From positions 12,089 to 76,088 of the forward strand of contig JBDTZN010000003.1 of the NCBI GenBank assembly GCA_040005095.1: 64,000 nucleotides of DNA, in the 5' to 3' direction. Positions within the stretch are counted from its first letter, which is position 1. Every line of letters begins with the position of its first letter. Under the pieces are notes generated by a model. The model worked only from the letters and a program-made list of their open reading frames with translations, was not told where the DNA came from and made no database searches. Position numbers and translations under genes: made by a program. The DNA is from Thermoleophilia bacterium. Lineage in GTDB: Bacteria > Actinomycetota > Thermoleophilia > Gaiellales > Gaiellaceae. Below, piece by piece: positions 43,357 through 52,071 of the stretch.

Positions 43357-45241
43357 TGGCGATCTCCTCGAGCGCTTCGGGGTTCTCGAGCGACGATAGG
43401 TCCCCGGCATCCTGCCCTAAAGCGCGTGCCCGGACCGCGCGTCGCACGATCTTGGCGCTGCGGGTCTTCGGCAGAGCTCCGACGAAGAGGATTCGCGCCG
43501 GCTTGAACGCCTTCCCGAGCTCCGCCGCTACCGTGTCCGCGATCTCCTGCGCTGCTTGGTCGCCCGCCTCGTACCCGGGCTTCAAGACGCAGAAGATCCA
43601 GGCAACCTCGCCTTTCACTTCGTGCGGAACGCCGATCGCCGCCGACTCGGCGACGCCGGGGTGCTCGATCGCGGCCGACTCGAGCTCGGCGGGCCCGATC
43701 CGCTTCCCGGCGATGTTGAGCGTGTCGTCCGAGCGCCCGTGCAGGAACCAGTAGCCGTCCTCGTCGACGGAGGCCCAGTCCCCGTGCGTCCACACGCCCG
43801 GGAAGCGCCGCCAGTACGCGTCGAAGTAGCGCTCGGGATCGCGCCAGACGCCACGCGTCATCCCGGGCCAGGGGCTGCGGCAGACCAGCTCGCCGACCTC
43901 GCCCCGCACCGACTTTCCGGCCGCGTCCACGACGTCCATGTCCTCGCCGAGCGCAGGGAAGCCGAGCGAGACCGCTTTCGTCGGCAGGACCGGCGTGACC
44001 GAGAGGAAGCAGGCGCCGACCTCGGTGCCGCCGGAAAGGTTGATGATCGGCGCCCCGCCCTGCGAAGCAACGTGATCGTGGAGCCAGAGGTACGGCGCGC
44101 GGTTCCAGGGCTCGCCGGTCGTCGCGATCGCGCGCAGTGAGGACATGTCGGCGGTGGGCTCGCCCTTCGGGATCAGCGCGCGCACAAGCGTCGGCGAGAG
44201 GCCGAGCATCGTCACGCGCTCAGACTCGACCGTCCGCCAGATCCGGTCGTCCGGCCAGTCGGGTGCGCCCTCGGTGAACACGATCTTGGCGCCGACCGCA
44301 CCCGCGCCGACCACCGTCCACGGCCCCATGATCCAGCCCATGTCGGTGGCAAACAGCACGTGGTCGCCGGCGTGAATGTCGGTCTGGTAGGCGGCCTCCC
44401 GCGCGATCGAGACGAGGAACCCGCCGTGGACGTGGACGGCCCCCTTCGGCTTGCCGGTCGTCCCCGACGTGTACGCGAGGAGATACGGATGCTCGGCGTC
44501 GACCTCGAGCGGCGGAAGCGTTGCCGGATGCGCGCGGACCGCCTCCGACCAGTCGCCGGTGGCCCGATCCCACGTGAACACCTCCTCGACCGACGGTGCG
44601 TCGCGCAGCGCCTCCTCGAGGATCCCCGCCATGTCCACGCGCTTGCCCCGGCGGAGCGACCAGTTCGCCGCGAGGACGGCCTTCGCCTCCGCGTCCTGCA
44701 GGCGCGCGGCGATCGCGGCCGGAGCGAATCCGGAGAAGATCGGCACCTGCACCGCACCCACGTGGGCGCAGGCGTTGGAGGCGATCGCCGCGGCCGGGCT
44801 CATCGGCATGAAGATCCCGACCCGGTCGCCGGGCTCGATTCCCGCCGCGACGAGCGCTTCGGCGAGCTTGGTGACCGCCCGCGAGACCTGAGCCCAGGTC
44901 AGCGAGGCGCGAACGCCGTCCTCGCCCAGGAACACCGCGGCTTCCTCGTCCGCCCGCGCGCCCTGGGCCCACTTGTGGACGCAGTTCCACGCCAGATTGA
45001 GCCGGGCGCCGACGAACCACGTGGCCCACTCGATCCCGCGTGAAGTGTCGAGCACGCGATCCCACGGCGTCGAGAACTCGATCCCCAGATCGTCGACGAC
45101 CTCGGGCCAGAACCGCTCCGGATCCCGCACCGATAGTCGCTGGAGCTCGTGGTAGTCCGCGCAGCCGAGCCGCCGGATCAGGCGGGTGACATTCGCCTGC
45201 TCGACCTGCTCGGGCGTGGGCGTCCAGACGTACTCGGGCAT
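43346..45241 (-). CDS. AMP-forming acyl-CoA synthetase (acetyl/propionyl/acetoacetyl-CoA synthetase-like)
   Basis: Motifs YTSGTTGKPKG and SGGTE, plus the C-terminal PKTRSAKIVRR, match the family. The start is taken as ATG 45241 (MPEYVWTPTPEQ). Confidence 0.9.
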   Translation of the reverse strand: MPEYVWTPTPEQVEQANVTRLIRRLGCADYHELQRLSVRDPERFWPEVVDDLGIEFSTPWDRVLDTSRGIEWATWFVGARLNLAWNCVHKWAQGARADEEAAVFLGEDGVRASLTWAQVSRAVTKLAEALVAAGIEPGDRVGIFMPMSPAAAIASNACAHVGAVQVPIFSGFAPAAIAARLQDAEAKAVLAANWSLRRGKRVDMAGILEEALRDAPSVEEVFTWDRATGDWSEAVRAHPATLPPLEVDAEHPYLLAYTSGTTGKPKGAVHVHGGFLVSIAREAAYQTDIHAGDHVLFATDMGWIMGPWTVVGAGAVGAKIVFTEGAPDWPDDRIWRTVESERVTMLGLSPTLVRALIPKGEPTADMSSLRAIATTGEPWNRAPYLWLHDHVASQGGAPIINLSGGTEVGACFLSVTPVLPTKAVSLGFPALGEDMDVVDAAGKSVRGEVGELVCRSPWPGMTRGVWRDPERYFDAYWRRFPGVWTHGDWASVDEDGYWFLHGRSDDTLNIAGKRIGPAELESAAIEHPGVAESAAIGVPHEVKGEVAWIFCVLKPGYEAGDQAAQEIADTVAAELGKAFKPARILFVGALPKTRSAKIVRRAVRARALGQDAGDLSSLENPEALEEIANVV

Positions 45242-45294
45242 CGGCTGGCAGGGTACGGGAATGGCCCGGTCGCGACCCACGTTCGGAAGCTGAG

Positions 45295-46728
45295 ATGAAA
45301 GCTCGAATCCTCGCCCCCGAATTCCGCAAGTGGTGGACGCTCGGGGCCGTCTCTTTCGGCCTCTTCATGATCATGCTCGACAACACGGTCGTGAACGTCG
45401 CGCTGCCGGCGATCCAGCGGGATCTGAATATCGGCGTCTCGGAGCTCGAATGGGTCGTCAACGGCTACGCGCTGACGTTCGCGGTCCTGATGCTGACCGG
45501 CGGGAAGCTCGCCGACATGCTCGGACGCCGGCGGATGTTCATCGTCGGCCTCGCGATCTTCACCCTCGCCTCGCTCGCCTGCGGCCTGGCGAACTCGGCG
45601 GGCGTCCTGATCGGGGCGCGGATCGTCCAGGGCATCGGCGCGGCGCTGATGAACCCGGCCACCCTCTCGATCATCACCGCCACGTTCCCGCCCAGGCAGC
45701 GCGGGATGGCGATCGGGATCTGGGCCGGCGTGTCGGCCATGGCCCTCGCGATCGGCCCACTGCTCGGCGGCATCCTGACTCAGGACATCAGCTGGGGCTG
45801 GGTCTTCTTCGTGAACGTTCCGGTCGGGATCCTCGCGATCCTCGTCGCGCGCATCGCGATCGACGAGTCGCGCGACACGTCGCATGAGCAGAAGCTCGAT
45901 CTGCCCGGTTTGCTCAGCTCGGCGGTGGGCCTCTTCGCGCTCACCTACGGCCTGATCGAGGCCAATAAGTACGGGTGGACCTCCGGACGGATCCTCGGAC
46001 TGTTCGCGCTCTGCGTGGTGGCGCTCGCGATCTTCGTCGTGATCGAGCTGCGCTCGCGCCTCCCGATGCTCGACCTGGCGCTGTTCAAGAACCCGACCTT
46101 CGCCGGGGCGAACGTCGTGATGCTGCTCGTCGCGCTCGCGATGTTCGGCGTCTTCTTCTTCATCTCGATCTACATGCAGAACGTTCTGGGCTACTCGCCG
46201 AAGCAGGCGGGAGCCGCCTTCCTGCCTATGACGATCCTGATCGTGCTGTTCGCGCCGATCGCGGGGAAGCTGTCCGACCGCGTGGGATCGCGCTGGCTGA
46301 TGGGAACCGGGATGATCCTCGTCTCCACCTCGCTCCTGATCTTCTCGCGGCTCGGGCTCGGCTCGAGCTACTGGCACATCTTCCCCGGGCTGATCGTGGG
46401 TGGTCTCGGGATGGCGATGACGATGACGCCGACCACTGCCGCGGCGATGGGCTCGGTGGCCGTCGACAAGGCCGGAGTGGGCTCTGCAGTGCTCAACTCG
46501 ATGCGCCAGATCGGCGGCTCGCTAGGAATCGCCCTGATGGGCGCGATCGTCGTCAGCTACGTGTCTGCCCCCGTCGGGACTCCTCAGGCCCTGCCGCAGT
46601 TCGTCGACGGCCTCCAGCGCGCCCTGCTGGTAGCCGCAGCGATCGCGTTCGTCTCAGCGATCGTCGCAGTGTCGCTCGTGAGGCAGGTACGTCATGCCCC
46701 CGAGACGACGCTCGCCGAAGCGGCGTAG
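45295..46728 (+). CDS. MFS transporter, DHA2 (EmrB/QacA, 14-TMS) family
   Basis: LDNTVVNVALPAIQRDL, GKLADMLGRRRMF and about 14 hydrophobic segments match the family. Confidence 0.9.
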   Translation: MKARILAPEFRKWWTLGAVSFGLFMIMLDNTVVNVALPAIQRDLNIGVSELEWVVNGYALTFAVLMLTGGKLADMLGRRRMFIVGLAIFTLASLACGLANSAGVLIGARIVQGIGAALMNPATLSIITATFPPRQRGMAIGIWAGVSAMALAIGPLLGGILTQDISWGWVFFVNVPVGILAILVARIAIDESRDTSHEQKLDLPGLLSSAVGLFALTYGLIEANKYGWTSGRILGLFALCVVALAIFVVIELRSRLPMLDLALFKNPTFAGANVVMLLVALAMFGVFFFISIYMQNVLGYSPKQAGAAFLPMTILIVLFAPIAGKLSDRVGSRWLMGTGMILVSTSLLIFSRLGLGSSYWHIFPGLIVGGLGMAMTMTPTTAAAMGSVAVDKAGVGSAVLNSMRQIGGSLGIALMGAIVVSYVSAPVGTPQALPQFVDGLQRALLVAAAIAFVSAIVAVSLVRQVRHAPETTLAEAA

Positions 46729-46748
46729 GTTTTCGTCGTAGAAAAGGA

Positions 46749-46776
46749 GAAGCCCCGGCTGCGGCTCCGGGGCTTC
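46749..46776 (+). terminator. Hairpin GAAGCCCCGG-N8-CCGGGGCTTC, 20 nt after the MFS stop; putative intrinsic terminator
   Basis: Seen directly in the sequence. It is followed by GATCCGTTTGG. Confidence 0.6.
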
Positions 46777-47090
46777 GATCCGTTTGGCGCTTGTCGGGGC
46801 GATTCTCCCGGAAGCCTTGGCTCTGCGGCCCAGCCACGCTTCCGAGCTTTGTACCGCCTCGGCTTTGGTGCGCCCATGCAGTCGGACTGGCGTCTGACCG
46901 GCTGCAAGTGGGCTCACCATAGGCCGTGTCCGTCGGTCCGTCAAGTACCTCAGTCAAGTGATCTTGCAATTTGTGAGTTCACCGAGAAGGTGACTCCATA
47001 TGCCCCTTTAGGGGGATGGCCCGAACGGACGACTTGCAGTTTTGTGAAGTATAGGTTTCACTTCCCCTGAGGAACCTGCACTCGACCGCA

Positions 47091-48437
47091 ATGAGCACGC
47101 GCACTGACACCCGTCAGCACCGCCAGACCCAGCCCTCGGGGCTGCGCCTGGGCGAGCGCCTGCGGCAGCTCCGGGTTTCGGCGAATCTGACCCAGACCGA
47201 CGTGGCCGGCGAGCGCTTCTCCAAGGAGTACGTCAGCCAGATCGAGCGAGGGAAGACCCGTCCCACGCGCGAGACGATCGAATGGCTCGCCGAGCGGCTG
47301 AGCGTCGACGCGAGCTTTCTCGCCAACGGCGTCTCCGCCGACGAGCGCGGCCGGGTCGACGCGGTTCTGACGCGCGCCGAAGCGCTTGTCGAGGCCGACC
47401 AGAACGACGAGGCGCTCGAGCAGCTCGACGGCGTCCACTCGGCGGTTCTCGCCACCGGACTGCCGGAGCTCGAGGTCAAGCATCTGACGCTCGCCTCGCG
47501 TGCGCGTCTGACCAACGGCGACGTCCGCGGCGCGATCGAGCTGCTCACGCAGGCACGCTCGCTCAGCGAAGCACCCGAGTTTTCCGACGTCGACCGCGCC
47601 GAAGTCCTGTTCCGGCTCGGCACCTGCCGCTATGCGCTCTCGAGCATCGCGACGGCAGTCGGCCTCTTCAACGAGGCACTCACGCTTGCAGAGCGCTCGG
47701 GCCTGCCGTGCGACCTGCTCCGCTCGAACATTCTCGGCTACCGCTCCCGGTGCTATCGCCGGCAGCGCGACTTCGAGGCCGCGCGTGAGGACGTCGAGCG
47801 CGCGCTCGAGCTCGCCGAGGCCGTCGACGACCCCCGCGCCGTCGCCCGCGTCTACTTCAACGCCTCGCTCGTCGCCGAGCGCCAGGGCCACTGGGTGCTC
47901 GCCCGCTCGTACGCAGAGCGCGCGAAGGCGCAGTACGAGGAGCTCTCGGACCGGCTGAACGTCAGCCGGCTCATGAACAACCTCGGTGGCCTCAACTTCC
48001 TCCTCGGCAAGCCCGAGGACGCGATCGTCCATCTCAAGGACGCCTTCCGCGTCGCCCTCGACATGGGCGAGAACGCCGAGGCTGCGCAGGCCGTGTCCTC
48101 GCTTGCCCAGGTGCATCTGCGCACCGGCGAGGTTCAGATCGCCGAGGAGCAGGCGCGCCATGCGCTGGAGCTGCTCGACGGCCGCGAGGATTTCCTCGAC
48201 GAGATCGGCAACGCCCGCCTCGTGCTCGGCCGCTCGCTGCTCGAGCAGGGCCGGCTCGACGAGGCCGAGGCTGCATTCGCAGAGGCTGACTCGAGCTTCG
48301 AACAGCTTTCTTCCGCAAGTCACCGCGCACTCGCCTGGGTCGCCATGGGCGATCTCGCGACGCGCCGCGGGGACGACCGCGGAGCCGCCCACCATTACCG
48401 CAACGCAGCCGAAGCGCTGCAGGACTTCCGTTTCTAA
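47091..48437 (+). CDS. XRE-family HTH transcriptional regulator with C-terminal TPR-like repeats
   Basis: The HTH is LGERLRQLRVSANLTQTDVAGERFSKEYVSQIERGKTRPT. Repeated A..L..LG......G....A helical-repeat patterns run to residue 448. Confidence 0.85.
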   Translation: MSTRTDTRQHRQTQPSGLRLGERLRQLRVSANLTQTDVAGERFSKEYVSQIERGKTRPTRETIEWLAERLSVDASFLANGVSADERGRVDAVLTRAEALVEADQNDEALEQLDGVHSAVLATGLPELEVKHLTLASRARLTNGDVRGAIELLTQARSLSEAPEFSDVDRAEVLFRLGTCRYALSSIATAVGLFNEALTLAERSGLPCDLLRSNILGYRSRCYRRQRDFEAAREDVERALELAEAVDDPRAVARVYFNASLVAERQGHWVLARSYAERAKAQYEELSDRLNVSRLMNNLGGLNFLLGKPEDAIVHLKDAFRVALDMGENAEAAQAVSSLAQVHLRTGEVQIAEEQARHALELLDGREDFLDEIGNARLVLGRSLLEQGRLDEAEAAFAEADSSFEQLSSASHRALAWVAMGDLATRRGDDRGAAHHYRNAAEALQDFRF

Positions 48438-48456
48438 GGGAAGGGAGGTGAACTTC

Positions 48457-48576
48457 TTGACTCAGGCTCGCCTCATCTACGTGATCCTCCTCGTCTGTCT
48501 CGTCGCGTCTCTCGTCGCGTCCCTCATGGGCAAAAGTGCTCCGGGACTCGGGATGTCGGACGGTCCGAGGGGCTAG
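48457..48576 (+). CDS. Candidate 39-aa secreted/membrane mini-protein (possible signalling propeptide)
   Basis: TTG 48457 lies 8 nt after GGGAGG, with an alternative in-frame GTG at 48448. The product is MTQARLIYVILLVCLVASLVASLMGKSAPGLGMSDGPRG. It is hidden in the tail of shadow ORF 47986-48576. Confidence 0.4.
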   Translation: MTQARLIYVILLVCLVASLVASLMGKSAPGLGMSDGPRG

Positions 48577-48586
48577 GCTCTTCGGG

Positions 48587-49474
48587 GTGCATGCGGCAGG
48601 ACCTGCGGCCTTACTCGTCGCGCTGGTTGCGACGGGCTGCGGATCGAGCGGCGGTACCACCCTTCAGAGCTTGTGGCGACAGCCCGGCGAAAGCGTCGGT
48701 CTGGTTCCGGGCACGTCGGATTACGCCGCCGGCTCGATCAGAGTCTCCTTCCTCGTCATCGGACACGACGGACGCCCGGTTAATCGGCCAGAGGCCCGTC
48801 TCTGGCTCGCGCGTTCGCGAGAGGCCACCCCTCTCGCGAGCGCGACGGCCTCCCTCGAGTCGGTGGGCAGCCCAGGGGCCGTCACCGACGCGGGGGATGT
48901 GACCCATCTCTACGTCGGCCGGATCCGTGTCGACAAGCCCGGCCGCTACTGGCTGCTGGCCGAGCCGGTCGGGGGAACGCCGATCCGGGCGCTCGGGACG
49001 ATCGACGTTAAATCCCGGAGCGTCTCGCCGGCCCTCGGCGCGCGCGCGTACCCGTCGCGGACGCCGACGCTCGCCGCCGTGGGAGGACGCGCCGCCCTCA
49101 TCACGACGCGCCGACCCCCGGACCGCGCCCTCCTCCGCGACTCGATCGCGGGCTCGCTCGCGAGTCACGCACCGTTCGTGGTCGTCTTCGCCACGCCCAA
49201 GTTCTGCACGAGCCGGGCGTGCGGCCCGGTCGTGGACGTGGTCGACTCGGTGCGCAAGCGATTCGCAGGGCGGGGCGTCCGCTTCATCCACGTTGAGATC
49301 TACCGCGGAAACGATTCGCAGAACGGTCTCAACCGGTGGGTGCGCGAGTGGTGCTTGCCCAGCGAGCCGTGGACGTTCGTCGTCGGCCGCGACGGCCGGA
49401 TCAAGGCGAAGTTCGAGGGTTCCGTATCGGCCGGCGAGCTCGCATCGGCCGTGCGGATTCTCCTCACGCATTAG
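48587..49474 (+). CDS. Putative lipoprotein with C-terminal thioredoxin-like region (FATPKFCTSRACGP)
   Basis: The lipobox is LVALVATGCGSS. The track start GTG 48536 would overlap the mini-ORF. GTG 48587 is the alternative, so the start is uncertain. Confidence 0.55.
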   Translation: MHAAGPAALLVALVATGCGSSGGTTLQSLWRQPGESVGLVPGTSDYAAGSIRVSFLVIGHDGRPVNRPEARLWLARSREATPLASATASLESVGSPGAVTDAGDVTHLYVGRIRVDKPGRYWLLAEPVGGTPIRALGTIDVKSRSVSPALGARAYPSRTPTLAAVGGRAALITTRRPPDRALLRDSIAGSLASHAPFVVVFATPKFCTSRACGPVVDVVDSVRKRFAGRGVRFIHVEIYRGNDSQNGLNRWVREWCLPSEPWTFVVGRDGRIKAKFEGSVSAGELASAVRILLTH

Positions 49475-49492
49475 TGGGCATCATCCGCGCCT

Positions 49493-50793
49493 ATGGGTGC
49501 GCGGATCGAGCGGCTGAAACGGACGTTGCATGTGGGGCGCGTCGCGCGGCAGAGTGGTTTGCTGCGCGTGCTCGGCGAGATCGGCGTCGTCGGCGACCGG
49601 CCCGCCACGCGCGAAGGCGCGCGCAGGTTCCGGCTCGCGCTCGAGGAGCTTGGCACGACCTACATCAAGCTCGGCCAGCTCCTCTCGTCCCGTCCCGACC
49701 TGCTCCCAGACGTTTACATCGAGGAGCTCGACCGGCTCGTCGACCAGGTGCCACCCGTTCCGTTCGCGGAGATCGACCGGACGATTCGTGAGGAGCTGCC
49801 GGACGACGTGTTCACGAGCGTCGATCCGGAGCCGCTCGCGACCGCGGCCCTGGGTGACCGAGCGGGTGCTCGTGCTCGAGCGGATCGACGGCGAGAAGGT
49901 CAGCGAGGGCCACGGGCTCTCGGAGGAGAGGAGCCGCGACCTGGCGCGTTCCTTCTTCCGCGCGTACGTGCACCAGGTGACCGTCGACGGCGTCTACCAC
50001 GCTGATCCGCACCGCGGAAACGTGCTCCTGACGCCCGACGGCCGGCTGGCGCTGCTGGACTTCGGCCTGCTCGGGCGGCTCGACGACGACACGCGGAGGA
50101 ACCTCGCCCTGCTCCTGATGGCGGTGGCACAGAACCGCGCGGACGACGTCGCGGATCTCATCCTCTCCTTTCGCTCACCGACCTGTCCTCCAACGAGGCC
50201 GGTTTTCGCGCCGAGCTGCGCAGGAAGCTCCCCCGGTACCAGTGGCGCCCGCTCTCCGGGATTCAGGCGGGAGAGGCACTCGCCTACCTCCAGCGCATCT
50301 CGGTGCGGTATGCGATCCGCCTCCCGCCGAGCTTCGCACTCGTAGGGAAGACGCTGTCTCAGGCGACTCGATCGCGCGGATGCTCGACCCGGCGCTCGAC
50401 CCGATTCAGTTGCTCGAGGAGGACGCGCTCGAGGGGATGATTATGGAGGCGGAGCGGCGCCTGGAGCCAGGCTCGCTCTTCTCGCTGCTCTTCACGCAAC
50501 TCGAGCCGCTCGTGAAGATGCCACGGCACGTCAGCCACCTCGTCGGCCAGCTCGAGACCGGGACGATGAAGGTCGGGATCGTCCCGACCGACCTGGGCGA
50601 GATCGAGGCGGTCGCGCGGTCGGCGGCGAACCGGATTGGCGCAGCGCTGATCGTCGTGGGCCTGCTGATCTCGTCGGCCCTCCTCGCGCGTGTCCACGAC
50701 CTGCCGTGGGTCGCGGCCGTCGGTTTCGTCCTCGCATCCGTCCTCGGGCTGTACATGGTCTGGAAGATCATTCGAACGCCCGGCGAGCTCTAG
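49493..50793 (+). pseudogene. UbiB/ABC1-family atypical kinase gene inactivated by an internal deletion and at least two further frameshifts
   Basis: Homology runs through four frame segments. Segment 1 is ELGTTYIKLGQLLSSRPDLLPDVYIEELDRLVDQVPP...DPEPLATAA. Segment 2 is WVTERVLVLERIDG...GVYHADPHRGNVLL...LLDFG...ADDVADLILS. Segment 3 is LTDLSSNEAGFRAELRRKLPRY...IRLPPSFALVGKTLSQA. Segment 4 is DSIARMLDPALDPIQ... with two TM helices. The VAVKV/ATP-lysine region is missing. Confidence 0.75.
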
Positions 50794-50863
50794 GAGGGCT
50801 TCCGACCCGAATCACGAACCTGACCGCGGGGGTGCCTACCAAGGCTCCTCCTCTCCCCTGACA

Positions 50864-50890
50864 GCGACGGCGGCCTATGGTCGCCGTCGC
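50864..50890 (+). terminator. Hairpin GCGACGGCG-N9-CGCCGTCGC followed by CTTGTTCTGG; putative intrinsic terminator
   Basis: Seen directly in the sequence, about 70 nt after the UbiB-like stop. Confidence 0.55.
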
Positions 50891-51033
50891 CTTGTTCTGG
50901 GTCAGCCCCTCCGCCGTCCTCCGCCGTCAAGCGTCGCCTTTTGTCTGCGGGAATACTCGCGAACCGCGTAACGTCTCTAGACGAAACACGTCCGTATCCC
51001 TAGATTCTCAGTCCCCCAGTCCTGGAGACACGC

Positions 51034-52071
51034 GTGGAAGCTCACACCAGCGACGTCAAGCTCACCGACCTGGCCTCCTGCGGCGGTTGCGCCGCCAAGT
51101 ACTCGGCAGCCCGCCTCGAACAGCTGCTGGCCGGCTTCGTGCCGATGGACGAGGAGAACCTGCTCGTCGGACTCGCGCCTGCCGACGACGCTGCCGTCTA
51201 CCGCCTCGACGAGGAGCGCGCGCTGATCTTCACGCTCGACTTCTTCCCACCCGTCGTCGACGACCCCGGCGACTACGGCGCGATCGCCGCGACGAACGCG
51301 CTCAACGACGTCTTCGCGATGGGCGGCACGCCGCTCCTGGCCCTTTCGATCGCCGCGTTCCCCGAGGAGCTACCGGTTGAGATGCTCGGCGCGATCTTCG
51401 CTGCCGCGGACGCGCAGGTACGCGCGGCCGGCGGGCTGCTCGCGGGCGGGCACACGATTCGCGACGCCGAGCCGAAGTACGGGCTCGCGGTGGTCGGGAC
51501 CGTCCACCCTGACGGGATCTGGCCGAAGAACGGCGCGCAGCCGGGCGACGCCTTGTTCGTGACCAAGCCGCTCGGGACCGGGCTGATCATGACCGGCTGG
51601 AAGAAACAGCTCGCCGGCTCGCAGCAGCTCGAGCGCGCGATCGGCTGGATGCGCACGCTGAACAAGGATGCCGCCGAGGTCCTGCGCGGGCTCGCGCCGA
51701 ACGCCGTAACCGACGTCACCGGCTTCGGGCTCTTCGGCCACGCCCACGAGGTCGCCGAGCGGAGCGGCGTGCAGATCCGGCTCGAGTCTGGGCGATTCCC
51801 GGCGATCGACGGTGCGCTCGACATGGCGCGCAAGGGTGTGCGGACGAGCGGCGATCCGCGGAACCGCGACTTTGCGGCTCGACACGTTTCCTCCGAAGGC
51901 GTCTCGGAGGTGCTCGTCGCGCTCGGCTACGACCCGCAGACGGCCGGCGGGCTGCTGGTCTCGCTCCCGGCGGAGAAGTCTGCGGCGCTGGAGGCAGAGT
52001 TCGAGGGTCGCGGGCTCTTCCTGCGGCGCATCGGCTCGGTGGAAGAAGGATCCGGCGTCGTCGTCGAGTGA
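51034..52071 (+). CDS. selD: Selenide, water dikinase (selenophosphate synthetase), Cys form
   Basis: KLTDLASCGGCAAKYSAARLEQLL holds the active-site Cys/Lys loop, and the product has the AIR-synthase-like PurM fold. The start is a GTG with GGAGA 5 nt upstream. Confidence 0.92.
   Translation: MEAHTSDVKLTDLASCGGCAAKYSAARLEQLLAGFVPMDEENLLVGLAPADDAAVYRLDEERALIFTLDFFPPVVDDPGDYGAIAATNALNDVFAMGGTPLLALSIAAFPEELPVEMLGAIFAAADAQVRAAGGLLAGGHTIRDAEPKYGLAVVGTVHPDGIWPKNGAQPGDALFVTKPLGTGLIMTGWKKQLAGSQQLERAIGWMRTLNKDAAEVLRGLAPNAVTDVTGFGLFGHAHEVAERSGVQIRLESGRFPAIDGALDMARKGVRTSGDPRNRDFAARHVSSEGVSEVLVALGYDPQTAGGLLVSLPAEKSAALEAEFEGRGLFLRRIGSVEEGSGVVVE

Noticed and set aside
46654-46944. 96-aa and 71-aa minus-strand ORFs inside the long intergenic region upstream of the XRE-TPR gene
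   Set aside because: They run through the MFS terminator hairpin and into the MFS 3' end. They are basic and low-complexity, and have no RBS or family resemblance.
50794-51033. Search for tRNA-Sec or another tRNA next to selD. The minus strand has a T-loop-like GGTTCGCGA.
   Set aside because: No cloverleaf can be drawn. The candidate helices are 4 bp with 3-nt loops, the total length is about 52 nt, and there is no acceptor stem plus discriminator/CCA context or UCA anticodon loop.
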